From Felis catus (lineage: Eukaryota): a DNA stretch of 64,000 nucleotides. Numbering within the stretch: position 1 is the first letter of the stretch; the number at the start of each line of letters is the position of its first letter. The stretch spans positions 47,494,001-47,558,000 of the forward strand of contig NC_058368.1 in the NCBI RefSeq assembly GCF_018350175.1, given 5' to 3'. Shown piece after piece: positions 1-12,899 of this stretch. The notes beneath the pieces were generated by a model that searched no databases, was not told the DNA's origin, and was given only the letters and a program-made list of their open reading frames with translations. The position numbers and the translations under genes are program-made.

Positions 1-559
1 ACTATACGGTAGAAGAATTACATTTCTATAATTCATCAAATCCAAGGCAACTTGATTGTAAAGTGGACCCTTACTTGTATCACTGAGATTAAGAACTGCC
101 AAGTTAAATTGTTACGTGCTAGAGATTGTAAAATGCATTCCAGTTTCAGAGATGTAATTTGTGAAGAAGTTAGAGTCTGAAGGAACAGAATTTTTAGCCA
201 CTTATTTATTCTCTAAGGTTTACCAATACATTGAGCATTGGGGTTACGAGATGAACATCTCATTATTTAGCATTACAAAAAAATTTCCCTCATCAGATTA
301 TCACTCCCTGATAATAGAAGTCACAGGAAAGGCAGATTTCTGCTGACTATAAACCTGTTTTTGCTATTAACATTTAAATGGCCTGATTGAAGTTACTGAG
401 CTTCCTGTCATTGGAAGCATTCACGTAATCCTGAAAGGTCAAATGTCATGATATAGGTATTTTTGCTGTGGAAAAAGGTTGGATCAGCTGTCCAGTGTTT
501 TAGGGATTAACACTGTTAATACCAGCTGTTAGTACCAGAGATTTAGAAAATGGTATCTG

Positions 560-900
560 CCTAGACCAGAACTGTGGAAACAGTAGCTTACACAGGGTAA
601 GAATTTTGTTTCTCTGTTTTAACAGGAATCTGAAAATAGGTAGTTTAGGCTTGGTATGGTTATTCCTTGATATTGTTAGGAGCGCAGGTTCCTACAACGT
701 TTTTGCAGCTGTTTTAAGCGTGTAGTTTTCACAGATGCCTGATCTACCTCCGGCACTGTATCCATGTTACAGGCAGACATGAGAAGGGTAATAGGAAAAT
801 AGGCACATGCCAAAGGATTCAATTAAAGAGCTTTCCCAGAGGCTCAAGCCAGTGACCTCAGTAAACCAGAACTAGAGGACAGCCTGGCAAAAAAACTTTT
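560..900 (-). mobile_element. Old MaLR LTR fragment (MLT1J/K-like)
   Basis: Motifs such as acagtagcttacac, aggcttggtatgg, tatccatgttacaggcag and ctttcccagagg resemble the MLT1 reverse strand; boundaries approximate. Confidence 0.45.
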
Positions 901-1094
901 ATGTGGCAGCAGTTTAAACCACAGTTTCAAAACCATTTGTATGAACAGACTGTAATTTGTTGACACAACCATTGCAAAGGAACCTCTATTCATCTTTAGC
1001 CTTTTTTTTTTTTTACGTTTAGTATTTTTCAAACATTTCTTAATGATAAATTTGAAAGTTGACCATGTAATTTACCTCTTTCTTTTTTATGAAG

Positions 1095-1195
1095 ATTGAA
1101 GAATTAGAGGAGAAACTTAATGATGCTCTTCACCAGAAGCAGCTACTGACATTGAGATTAGACAATCAATTGACTTTTCAACAGAAGGATGCCAG
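1095..1195 (+). CDS. PIBF1: PIBF1/CEP90 coding exon (human exon 3 equivalent), 101 nt
   Basis: tatgaAG|ATT acceptor and GCCAG|GTAAG donor; translates [33 protein letters not shown](R), matching recalled PIBF1 protein. Confidence 0.96.
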
Positions 1196-1900
1196 GTAAG
1201 AAAGTTTTTAAAAAGCAGCAATACCTATTTAGCCGTTAAAAGTAATTTCATTACCTGTTCGTGCATGTGATTGCAAGCTAAAATAAAGAAAGAAATTTTA
1301 AGTCAGTAATGGTAAGAATTTTTACATCCAGGCCAACCAAAAAAAAGTAGGTTATTTGATATGATACAATACACAAAATACAAAAAGTCAAAATTCAACG
1401 TTCATTCAACAAACTGTGCTGATGTAAGTGAGCCGTAAATGACAATGGAAGTTCTGTAAACTCCGCACCACTTAATATGCTTTCTGGATTAACCTTTCTT
1501 CATTTCCTCTGTAAAACACACTAATTCTTGTGGCCCATTTAACTCTGCAAGTTTAAATTATCTTCTGTTTTGCCTGCATACTTTCTCCCAGCTCAGTTGT
1601 GTACTTACTTACCAAGAGTCCATTGTGTTTACCATCAAATATGCCTATGATGGTTGTACTTACTACAGTTATATAATTTAATTAAGAATGATGTAACCAG
1701 TGAAAGATAAGCTGTTTCTGTGTAAACTATAAGGAATTCTTTGGGACAATTAATAAAAGTGAGTAATTTTAAAAAATAATCATCAAAGTAAATAAAAGCA
1801 AGACAGATTTAAAAGTTGGGAACAAAAATCGAATCCATAAAAAGCATCATCTCAGATTTCTTACCAAGTGTCTTTTAAGGTAAAGAAATTGAACTTGGCA

Positions 1901-2112
1901 GGGGCGCCTGGGTGGCTCAGTCGGTTGAACGTCCGACTTCGGCTCAGGTCATGATCTTGTGGTCTGTGAGTTCGAGCCCCACGTCGGGCTCTGTGCTGAC
2001 AGCTCAGAGCCTGGAGCCTGTTTCGGATTCTGTGTCTCCCTCTCTCTCTGCCCCTCCCCGCTCATGCTGTCTCTCTGTCTGTCAAAAATAAATAAACATG
2101 AAAAAAAAAATT
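1901..2112 (+). mobile_element. CanSINE (felid SINEC type)
   Basis: ggggcgcctgggtggctcagtcgg head, (CT)n, A-tail; perfect 20-bp TSD taaagaaattgaacttggca at 1881-1900 and 2113-2132. Confidence 0.95.
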
Positions 2113-2255
2113 TAAAGAAATTGAACTTGGCAATCATGAACAATGATTTTCACAAAAACAAAGCATACCTTTATATTTAAAAAAATTTGAAGCCTACGTA
2201 GAAAATTTGGCGAGTAAATGCTGTTTTCTGTGTTTTAACTAGAAGTGAATGTGTA

Positions 2256-2366
2256 GGGGCGCCTGGCTGGCTCAGTCATTAGAGCGTGTGACTCTTGATC
2301 TCAGGGTCGTGAGTTTGAGCCTCACATTGGGTATAGAGATTATTTAAATAAATAAAATTAAAAAAA
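2256..2366 (+). mobile_element. Short, older CanSINE (tRNA-like head plus A-tail)
   Basis: ggggcgcctggctggctcag...gagtttgagcc...aaataaa; degenerate TSD agaagtgaatgtgta/agaagtaactgtata. Confidence 0.85.
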
Positions 2367-2413
2367 AGAAGTAACTGTATAAAGTACTTTTCTTTCTTTA
2401 AGATTTCATTATT

Positions 2414-2638
2414 GGGGTGCCTGGGTAGCTCAGTCGGTTAAGCATCTGACTTCAGCTCAGGTCATGATCTCAAAGTTTTTGAATTTGAGCCCCGTGTCAG
2501 GCTCTGAGCTGACACCTCAGAGCCTGGAGCTTGCTTTGGATTCTGTGTCTCCCTCTCTCTCTGCCCCTCCCCTGCTTGCTCGCTCTCTCTCTCTCTCTCT
2601 CTGTCTCTCAAAAATAAATAAACATTAAAAAAAATTAA
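2414..2638 (+). mobile_element. CanSINE
   Basis: Typical head, (CT)n and A-tail; TSD aagatttcatta. Confidence 0.93.
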
Positions 2639-2703
2639 AAGATTTCATTAACTGATACTTTTAAAAATTATCTGACCAGTTACTAGGCGGTATCACGTTA
2701 GAT

Positions 2704-2880
2704 CAGTGGTTCTGAAACTTTGGTATGCATCAGAACTGTGTAGAGAGCTTGTTAGGAAGGACTGTTAGTCCCCACCCTCTGATGTTCTAATTTGAGTGAG
2801 CCCTGAGAACCTGTATTTCTATCATGTTCTTGGGTGATACTGATGCTGTAAGTCTGGGGACAATACGTTGGGAAGCACTG
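2704..2880. mobile_element. MER5A-like hAT-Charlie MITE
   Basis: cagtggttct...gcactg termini, tgcatcagaa and gtgatactgatgctg internal motifs, about 180 bp. Confidence 0.75.
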
Positions 2881-2919
2881 CATTCAATGGTAGGGCTTCT
2901 ACTCAAATTCTTGAGGCAT

Positions 2920-3780
2920 TTTACAGATTAAATGATGCTGAGAGGGCAATTGAGAGGCTGCTGCAATAATCTTCTTGATAGCTGATGTTGGTAAAAAAGT
3001 GGTTGGATTTTTAATGTATTTTGAAGGTAGAGCTGATAGGATGTCCTAAGAATTACATGTGGTTAAGAGAAAAATAAGGAGTCAAGGATTGTGCCAATAT
3101 TTTGGTTTGAATAAATGAAGGGTGGAATTGCTGTCAACTAAGATGGGGAAACCACAGTGGAATAGGTCTGTGAGCAAAGAGCAGGAGTTCAGTTTAGGAC
3201 GTGTTCGGTTAGCGTTGTCTTACTAGAAGTCCATGTGTAGGTAAATAGAAGAGTTTGGTCTAGAGCTATATATCTGGAAGTCATTAGGATATGGACGGTA
3301 GCATTTAAGTCATAAGACTAGATGAATTCCTCAAGGTAGTGAATATAGACAGAGAAGAGGGCCAAATACTCCAAACATGAAGACAAACCAGAAAAGGAGA
3401 AGGAGCAAATACCAGAGAAAAACGACAAAAGTAAAGTGACTTGGAAGCCAGGCGAAGAGAGTGTGTATAAAGGAAGGAGAGAGCAGTGTGTCAAATAATC
3501 ATTAGGTCATAGATGAAAAGAACTGGGAATTGATCATTAGCAATCTGGATGTCATTAGTGACCTTGAGATTTCTGTAGGAGGGATGAAAACCTAATTGGC
3601 ATGGGTTTAAAAAGAAGGGCGTCAGAGACCGTGAGTATAGACAACTTGTGAGCAGTTTTGCTCCATGGAAGTCCAAACAAAGGAGGCAGTGAAATGGGGT
3701 CTCAATTCATTTTTTGGGGGGATAGAAGTAATAGTAACAGCATGTGTGTATATTGATGGGTGTGATACAGTAGGGAGGGG
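2920..3780 (-). mobile_element. L2 LINE fragment
   Basis: ggagtcaaggat, ggagttcagtttaggac and ggatgtcattagtgaccttga motifs typical of antisense L2. Confidence 0.75.
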
Positions 3781-4303
3781 AAAGAATCAATTGTCCCTTC
3801 CTACTCAAAACCTTCGGAATAGGCAACTAACGATAGCAATGTCTTCTACATGTGTTCTTTGAGAATGATTATGTACAGATTACTGTTTTCATTAGTTCAT
3901 GGGTTGAATGAATACTTTATGGTGGTTCAGCGTTGCCATCTTTAAGAGGTATACCTTAGAATACCTAGAGAAAAAGAAATGAAAATTATTTTATTGAGTA
4001 GGGTCCAAAACAGATGTATAAAACTAAAACTTTAAGCAGAGTAAATGTATAATTTTATAATTTGATTTTGAAAATTATTTTTTAAGAATATCAATTTTCT
4101 ATTTAACAATTTATGTGGCCACACATTTAGTAATGAGTATAGAATTGTCTTCATGTTTAACTAGTGAAGTAAATAAGCATTTAGCTGGAGCTAAAAATAC
4201 TACAGAGCTTCTCATTTCCTAATTTTATGTTACTATAAAAAGGTATCTTTGAGAAAATTAAATCTCAAAGATTTTTTTAAGCTTGCCATAAACTCTTTCC
4301 TAA

Positions 4304-4531
<228 letters not shown>

Positions 4532-4560
4532 TAAAAAACACTGCATGTATTTAAAAAAAA

Positions 4561-4770
4561 TTTTTTTTAATGTTTATTTATTTTTGAGAGAGAGACAGAG
4601 CATGAGCAGTGGAGGCACAGAGAGAGAGGGAGACACTGAACTGGAAGCAGGCTCCAGGCTCCAACTGTCAGCTCTGTGCTCTGTGCTTGTGGGTCTCAAA
4701 CTCAAGAACTATGAGATCATGACCTGAGCCGAAGTGGGAGACTTAACCGACTGAGCCACCCAGGTGCCCC
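4561..4770 (-). mobile_element. CanSINE, about 55 nt downstream of the exon 4 donor
   Basis: T-tail, (GA)n, ends gagccacccaggtgcccc; degenerate TSD aaaa(c/t)actgcat. Confidence 0.92.
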
Positions 4771-5136
4771 CCCAAAATACTGCATATGTTTTCAAATTAA
4801 AATATGCCATTTATGTAATAGCCATAACCTTCGAAGTACCAATTAATAATTTTATTATTTTATGGCCCTGCTCTGAAAATGGTGAATGATGTTCAGATCA
4901 CCAAATTTTAAAGGGTCTTGACCATTGACCTCCAAGGTCAAGAATAAATAGGGCTATGAAGTTAACAGCTGCATAGTCCATGGAAATGAGTCATTTTATC
5001 ATAAACTGGTAGTTTATAATGTTCTCAAAATGCAAAATTATAGAGATAACAGATTAGTGGTTGCCAGGGGTTAGGGATAGTTCAGGATCTCTTGCGGTGT
5101 TGGTTACACAAATCTACACATAGGATTCATCTATGG

Positions 5137-5529
5137 CAGTAGTCTCAAATTTTTTAATGTCAGTATCCCTTTACACTCTCAAAATTACTGAAGACCCCAA
5201 GGAGCTTTTGTTTATACGGGTTATATCTATTAGTGTTTACCATAGTGGAAATTAACCTGAGACATTTTCAAAACACAGGAATACATAAGCTCATATTCCA
5301 TTAACCTTAAAGGCGATGATCTCATCACACATTAGATAGCCACTGGCAAACATCACTGAACAAGCATAAGAGAACAAGAGTAAAACAGGCAAAAAAAAAA
5401 AAAAAAAATCTTAGTATAACCAGAAAAATAGTTTTCATCTTTCATTCATCTTTCATCAATTCCCTGAAAGGGTCTCAAAGTGGCAGAGTGGTTACCAGGG
5501 GCTCCTAAACCACACATTGAAAACTTATG
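5137..5529. mobile_element. Charlie1-type hAT transposon deletion derivative
   Basis: cagtagtctcaaa...ccctttacactctc...gaagaccccaaggagcttttgttt left end; cctgaaagggtctc...ccacacattgaaaac right end. Confidence 0.75.
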
Positions 5530-6349
5530 GTTTGTGATCTATACATGTTATTTCACCCTTAGAGGCTTGAACTTTTTCATATGTAAAAGGGTTTGTAATA
5601 TTAATAGTGCCTTTCTGTTGAGGTCGTTGTAAAGATTCACTGTGAATGTGTATGTAAAATGCTTATTAGCACTGTGCTTAGAACATAGTATCATTTTTGC
5701 AGGAGTGGTGATTGCTACCCTTGGTTCTCATTTGCATAAGGTTTCCAGATTAATGATTTCTTCTAAAAAGAAGTGTTACTTTTCTGTCCATCTTTTAATT
5801 TATATAGCTCAAATAAATTTTTTTCTGTCCAAAGTGTACTATCTAAGACAGATGTCTCAAGTGCTGTCGTTGAGGCTTTTTCCATATTAAGTATCAAGTA
5901 TCCCACTAATAGCAGGTATACATAATTTTGTTCCCTGGTTTGTTAATGTTCTTTGTTATCTTTTGTTTTCACAGACGGTATTATCTTAACTAGTTAGTTA
6001 GTTATACACAGATTCATTGTGTTGAGGACTAACCTTAGGACTTGCCTCTTGCCAGATGTGGTACTCTTGCAATACAGCAAAATAGTAAGGAATTTCAGAT
6101 TGCATGCCTATATAATAAACAGGCATAATTACCCTTTCCAAATGGCTTCTTAACTTCATAGGAATTTGTCAGATGGAACACTTTACTAGATTAGGTCAGA
6201 CAAATTCCCCTGAGAATTATGAGTGAGAAGAGAGATCTGAACTGAATGGAAGTAGTGATATGAAAGATACCCCCTGATTCATCCTGATTATCGCTTACAC
6301 TGCAGTGGTAGCAGTAGAGCTTCCCCAAGAGCCTAGGATGTAGGCTCAC

Positions 6350-6720
6350 CATATGTTTAGGCAATAAAGATAGAGCAATGTACAAACTAGGCAAAAATTC
6401 CTGCCTATAGGAGTGGAGCATTATAGATGATAAATTAAAAGTAATACGTAGAATGTTTGTCATAAGTGCTATGGAGAAAAGAGCAGGGGTGAGAAGAGAA
6501 ACTGCCACCAGGTGGGGATACTATTTTAAATCAGGTTAGGAGGATTAGGGAGGGTTTACTGATAGGGTGGCATTTGATCAGACACCTGAAAGGAGTGAAA
6601 GCATGAGCTATGCATTTGTATGTGGGAAAAAATTCCTCTATCAGAGGAAATAAGGGCAAAACTCGGACACATAATGTGTTCAGGAAGTAATAAGCAGATA
6701 ATGTGGAATGAGCAGTGGTG
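6350..6720 (-). mobile_element. L2 3-prime fragment
   Basis: cctgcctatagg, ataagtgctatggagaaaa and gcatttgatcagacacctgaa motifs. Confidence 0.7.
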
Positions 6721-7054
6721 GGAAATGGAGAATAAGTAGTAAATGGAGTATAGATAGAGGAGAAGAGAGACTGTGCCAGGGATGGAGAATTACAGATAAT
6801 CTAGACTTTGAGGAAACTGAATCGGACATCAAGGCTTAATGTTAGTGGTCAAAGTCAGTTAACAATAGTCTTATTTCTGTTTTGTACAAACAAATGTTTA
6901 TTGTACGGGTATATATTCTGAAACTTTTTAACACTTTTCCTTTTGTTACTTTCATATTTTTATTACTGATAATTGAGGGTACTATAAATTAGCTAATTTC
7001 AATGGTAACTTGGATTCTAAAATGGCTTATTAACTTGATTTTTTGTTTTTAAAG

Positions 7055-7174
7055 ATTCGGTTCTATGAACTAGTAAATCCATTAAGAAAGGAAATCTCTG
7101 AACTGCAAGTGAAAAAGAATGACCTATTAGAAGAATTGAGTGAAAATAAAAGCCAATTGAAACAACTGACAGAG
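7055..7174 (+). CDS. PIBF1: PIBF1 coding exon (exon 5 equivalent), 120 nt
   Basis: ttttaaAG|ATT acceptor, GAG|GTTTGT donor; [40 protein letters not shown]. Confidence 0.96.
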
Positions 7175-8803
7175 GTTTGTATGATTTTGATCACTTGTGG
7201 GAGAAGCTCCAAGTTTTTTTAATAGAGAGTTCCTCAAGATTTGTGATCAGGAATATAAAAGTCAATGATCGGAAAATGGGACTGGGTGATGCCGACTACT
7301 GCGATTCTTCAAGTAGTGAGAAGGTTAAAGTGGAGGTGGTCGTCTGAAAGATTGGCAACGTCAGTCTGTGCTGTTGACTCGTAGTCTGTGGTTGAGTATT
7401 TTGTTGTAACTTTCATTCTTAGTCTTCGTTACACTATAGCCTTGTTTGTGATCTGAAAGGGAGCTGCTATCCATTTATCATTTTGCCCCTTCATTAAATA
7501 CATTAGTTCTCCTGATGCTTGTTCAGAGCATGTGCTCTGATAGAAGCATCAGCCTCGGTGATGTGCATGGTCCTGTGCCGCGTGCTGGCAACAGGGGATT
7601 CAAAAGAGGCTCTGCCCTTCTAGGCTTTGCACTCTAATAGAGTTAGAACCTTAGATGATATCTTGACACTGCCATTTTTCTGTGTAACTTGGAATAAGCC
7701 GTTTAATGTTTACTGCTCTGTCAGTAAAGAGAGAAGATAACCCTGTTTGTCCATTCATGTCCATTGAACTGCTCATATTTCTGTTTCAAAGTAAAAATGT
7801 CATTTTTCTCAAAGTCGCATATAAATATTTTTATGTCCTTTTTCAAGGGTAGCTTTTACCGAAGATGTATTGTCTAGAAATAAATAATTAAAATTTAATT
7901 TATATTTCATTGCTCTGATTTGCTGTTCTGTGAGTGCTGGACAGAATCTACTTCCATCATTAATGTAGAGCCAATATTACAGGCAAATGAAGGCTCATAT
8001 TCTTCCTCTCCTCACAGGAGTGATTAAGTCAGCAGGAGTGGTGGCAGAGAAGCATATGTGCCAATATGAACCCTACTACAAGGTTCTATTTTGGGTTTGT
8101 TCTTTTTCTTCTGATAACCTGCTACATTGTGCAGGTAAAGCATTTTGCACACTTGAGAAAGATAGCTTTTAATGTTTAAAAGTTTTCATCTATAGTGAGA
8201 ATAATAAAGGGCAAAGTTTGAAGGCCTCAGTTTGGCTACTAGCTAATTTTGCAGGCTTGGCCAAATCATTTAATCTCTTTTTCTGTAAAATGGATGGCGG
8301 TGGTGGAAACACAGGACTTACTGGGGACAAGGCAGTTAGATGGGTTTTCAGACTTAGTTCTGTAGCACCTCATGGTACCTCAGCTTCCCTCAGAGACTTC
8401 TTATTTTTTTAGGAGGAGGACTGGAAAAGTTTCCTAACCTTGTTTATATCAAGCTACCTCTTCTTTAATGACTTTAACATTGGTGGATTCTAAGAATGGT
8501 TTCTTTTGAACTAAAGATTCCTTGGGCCAAAAAGAAAAAAAAACTTGCAACTCTAGAATTATTATTAGTATGTGATATATTTTTACTGTGTGGTAAAGCA
8601 GATATCCCAACTCTCGAGGGTCAATAATGGCATTGTATCCCAGATCTTTGTTTGTTTGTTTGTTTCAAACTTGCGAATAGCACTTTTAGTGTTTTATTGA
8701 TAGGAAAACACTAGATAATTTACACTGGTCTGACTCATAGGTTCCTGAGTGTTTTTAATGCACCAATAATTCTTGAACGAAGAAACAGTTTTGTTTGTGA
8801 ACC

Positions 8804-9453
8804 TGTATTGGACGTCTTCAGAGATATAGTACAAACAGGATATATATAGAAAGAGAAGGAGAGAGAGAAAGAAGGGTTTATTTTAAGGAATTGGCTCACA
8901 TGATTGTGGACACTTGATGAGTCCAAAATCTGATGGGGTAGGCTGGCAGACTGGAGATTCAGGGGAGAGTTGCAGTTCAAGTCCAGAGATAGTCTGCTGA
9001 CAGAATTCCTTCTTGCTGAAGGGAGGTCAGATTTTATTAAGTCCTTTGGCTGATTAGATGTGGCTCGCCACGGGATACCTGGGTGGCTCAGTGAATTAAG
9101 CATCTGACTTCGGCTCAGGTCATGATCTCACGGTCTGTGAGTTCGAGCCCCACGTCAGGCTCTGTGCTGACAGCTCAGAGGCTGAAACCTGCTTCAGATT
9201 CTGTGTCTCCCTCTCTCTCTGCCCCTCCCCCATTTGTGCTCTGTCTCACTCTGTCTCTCAAAAATAAAAAAAATAACATAAAAAAAGATGTGGCTTACCA
9301 CATCATTGAGGGTAATTGGCTGTACTGAAAGTCTATTGATTTAAATGTTACTCTCATCTAAAAAATACCTTTACAGAAAGATCTAAAATAATGTTTGACT
9401 AAATGTTTGAGTATTGTGGGCTAACCACTTGACACATGAAATTAACCATCACA
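8804..9453 (-). mobile_element. MLT2 (ERVL) solo LTR with intact 5-bp TSD, containing a nested CanSINE
   Basis: TG...CA termini (tgtattgg...aattaaccatcaca), ggaattggctcacatgattgtgga motif, TSD GAACC at 8799-8803 and 9454-9458. Confidence 0.88.
9072..9285 (+). mobile_element. CanSINE nested in the MLT2 LTR
   Basis: Typical structure; TSD agatgtggct(cg/ta)ccac. Confidence 0.92.
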
Positions 9454-10069
9454 GAACCCTTCCATGTGTAAGTTTGTTTCTTAAAGGTTTATCATTTCTC
9501 AGCTGAAAATATCCTGTCTTAAACCTTTTCCTAAATTTAACAATCATATAAACAGAGAATTGAATCACAATCAGGAAAAAAGAAGCAGTGTCTTGTCTAC
9601 TTAATAAAAGGGCTTAAAAACCCAGAGAATGTGATTTAGACAGAACAGAATTTACTTTTATATTAAAGCCTCATAAAGTTTGATTATTCTCCTCTGTTAA
9701 GGGCTAATACAGGTCAACTTGCCCAACAGTGAAGAAAAGTAAACAATATTTTTAAATTAAAAGACTTTTATAAGGATATAGTGAACAATAAATACAATAT
9801 TTAACGTTAAAAGAAATTTTGCTTAACTATATATTTGGGGGATTTTTTTTTAAATGGTTTGTTAAATTATTTACTGCCCTGGTATTTGGAAAGTTCACAG
9901 ATACTGGTTTACATTCCATCTTTGCAACTTGACAATGGCATGATGATCTTGGACAAAAAACTTAGTCTTCTTTACTCTCCCCGCCCCTAATCTTACAAGT
10001 TTTCCATCTACTAAATAGGATGAGACTATATAACACTTTCCTCATATGGCCATTATTAATAAGAGTGAA

Positions 10070-11620
10070 ATTCACTCAGTAAATGTATATTGTACATCTC
10101 TTATGTGGCAGGCATTGTTGTAGGTGCTTGGGATACCTCAGTGAGCAAAACAGTGCTCTCAGGCCTCATGGAGTTTATATTTTAAAAAGAGTACAGGGAA
10201 ACAAATAATAAGCATTATAAATAAGCACATCATAGAGATAGAAGGTGATAACTGCAAAGGACAAAAGAAAAATGGTTCATAGAGAGCAGGGAAAAAACTA
10301 TATTCAGAATTCTGTAGGGTCAGCTAATAGGCCTCATTGAGGAGGTTAGACATTTACAAAGACTTGGAGGTGGGGGAGACAACAGAGTCCTCAAGGAAGA
10401 ACTTCCAGGTGGAGGGAACAGCCAATGCAAAGGCAAGAGGGTGCCTTGGTGTTTGTGGAACAGTGAGGACGCCAATATGACTGGAATGGTTGAAGGGAGA
10501 GAATAGTTAGATAAGATCAGAGAGGTAATGGGTTTGTTGAGGTAATTGTAACAACTTTGATTTTAACCATAAGTGAAAAGAAGCATTGGAGGATTTGGGG
10601 GAAGATGTGGCATGATCTGACATATTGTGAAAGGATTATTCTGACTGGTACATAGTAGACCCTCAAAGAATTTTAAAGAGCTTTGTTAATGACCCAGAAA
10701 ATGGATTTTTGCTGAGAACAGACTATAGAGCTCTAAGGATGGAAACAGAGAGACTTGTTATGAAGCTGTTGTAGTTATGTAGGTGAGAGGGGGGTAGTGC
10801 TTCAGATCAGGGATCAGGGTAGCAGCAGTAGAAGTGCTGTGAACTGGTTGGGCCCTATATGTATTCTAAAAGTAGAGCCATTAGGATTCCCTGATGAATT
10901 GAATGGAGGACATGAAAGAAAGATAGGAGTCCAAATCAACTCCAATGTTTGGGGACTGAAATCATGATGGATTTGCATTCAGCTGAGATGGTAGCTTGTG
11001 GGTGAGGCAGATTTAGGGTTAAAAGAGAGTTCAGGTTTTAGCTGTTTTGAGTTTGAGAGATCTGTTAGATGTACAATTGAAAATACTTGGATATGCAAGT
11101 CTGAACTTGGGAAGCTATGTATTTGGAAGTTGTTAACATAAAGAATAATACTTAAAGCCAGGATGGGATCACCACAGGAGGGTGTATACAGAGGGGGGCT
11201 AAGTCCTGAGTTCTAGGACAGTTCAATATTGAACTGTAGAATAGAGAAGGAGGATTTATCCGTGAGGAAAGGAAACCAAGAGAATTTCATGTCCCGGAAG
11301 CCAAGGGAGAAAAGTTTGTCAAGGAAGAGAGTCAGCTATTTCAAATGCTGTCCATAGGTCTAGTATGATGAAGCCTGGGAATTCACGTTATATTTAATAA
11401 GGCCATTGATAACCTTGTGAAGAGTAGTTCTGGTGGAGTGATGAGGTCAAAACTTTGATTACAGTGTGTTTAAGAGTAGAGGAAAGGAATCGGAGACAAG
11501 TCTAGGCAACTCTTTCTGTAGAGCTTTGATTGCATAAGGGAACATCGGGATAGAGATGAAGATGACAGAAGTAGGGTCAAGGGAGGCATTTGTTTTTAAG
11601 GTGAGAGAACATAACTAATA
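10070..11620 (-). mobile_element. L2 (L2a-like) LINE fragment
   Basis: cactcagtaaatgtatattg...caggcattgttgtaggtgct 3-prime end followed by about 1.5 kb of purine-rich L2 motifs. Confidence 0.82.
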
Positions 11621-12899
11621 TACACAAAATTACATTGTTAAACCATAGAAGTTTTTTCGTTGTCAATAACAGACATTCATCTAATTGCTAACCAGCGGTG
11701 TAGGCAGTGCTCTTGGACATCAGGGTATACTTGTGTCTAAGGCTCACCACGTCAGTGTGATCCGTGTGATAAAAAGAATCATCTGTGTTTGGGGCATAGC
11801 CAGTAATTATATATTTGGGAGAAAGTGTTAGAACTCAGTGGTGTTTGTTGATTGAATTACTCTTGAGTTTTAAAGCATTTTATCTTCATATTCCACGTAA
11901 TGGCTTTTAAAATAATTTTATTAGAGTAAATCACTTAGCTCTTGATGGCTTGAGTTTTAATTTTACGTGAACTTTTTTACCAAAAGATGGGACTCAGTTT
12001 AAAAAACAACTGAAGAATGTGAATATAACCAGATATAAGGAAGGTAGAGAAGATTATGATCATTAAAGGAAGGTTTGTAAACAGGAAGTTTATCAAAAAT
12101 CATTGAACTAGGATTCAGTTAGGTTGAAGAGGTAACAGAGATTGCCAGGTTACTGGAGTTCAGTGGTCATCAGTGAGAGTCATTGTCTCGAGGACTTTTA
12201 AGTGTTCCCAAGCACCTAGTTTATTTAAAGCACTAAATGAAATTGTTTTTAAGTGCAGATTTCTGTTTTTGGTTCTGTTACTTGAAATGTTCTCGTTTCG
12301 GTGCTTTTTACCCAGTGGGTTTCATAATTCTTTCCTCTTCATTATGTGTGCTGTATGTAGAGTAATTTATTGTTGGTGGTTTGAGGCAGGTAATTAGGAA
12401 CTCAAAAATGCCCATCATATACAAATGGAGTAGCAAAATTTTTTTACTTTTCTAGTGGTATCATTAATTTAGGTCTCAATACATAAAAGTAAATTTTCTT
12501 CTTAACTATTGTGAGAGAAAATTTGGATTCCTTCCTAAGGGGAATAAATATTTTGTTTCATAGAGGACAAGTTGAAAATTCATCCAGTGAAAGATAGTAT
12601 CCATTTCTAAGCTCTCCTAAATTTGATAAATGTAAGGAAGTATTACTTCATTCAATAAGCGGTAAGATACAGTGCCACAGTAAGCCTTGGGACAAGGTCG
12701 TGGTGTTAATGGCTGCAATCACTATGAAGTTACTGATATTCAGTAAGTCATGAGTCTAAATTTTTATAGTGTTTGACCTTTTCATATAGTAATTCAGCAA
12801 ACATTTTATCTTTATATACATTTAGGGTTGGATACCTTAAGGGAAGTAACATGGGTCTTACACACAATGCTATGTAATTTTAAAGAGGAATAAAATCTC

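Larger units (their letters stand above)
1443..2903 (+). mobile_element. Degenerate TcMar (Tigger/pogo-type) DNA transposon fossil, interrupted by three SINEs and a MER5A
   Basis: 1700-1830 resembles a decayed psq-HTH transposase N-terminus; ends caatggaagtt... and ...gggcttctact look like terminal inverted repeats; subfamily unresolved. Confidence 0.45.

Noticed and set aside
1949..2180. Recurrent ORF families such as MAQSVE...AQSLEPASDSVSPSL and MVCEFEPHVGLCADSSEPGACF
   Set aside because: They are translations of CanSINE copies, not a protein family.
2256..2330. tRNA gene
   Set aside because: The A/B boxes belong to a tRNA-derived SINE head followed by an A-rich tail and TSD; no intact cloverleaf.
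6503..6518. CTCF-like GCCACCAGGTGGGG
   Set aside because: It lacks the conserved C of GGC and lies within an L2 remnant.
7262..7350. Possible C/D box snoRNA downstream of exon 5
   Set aside because: The C box is non-canonical (ATGATCG), there is no terminal stem, and I recognise no guide sequence.
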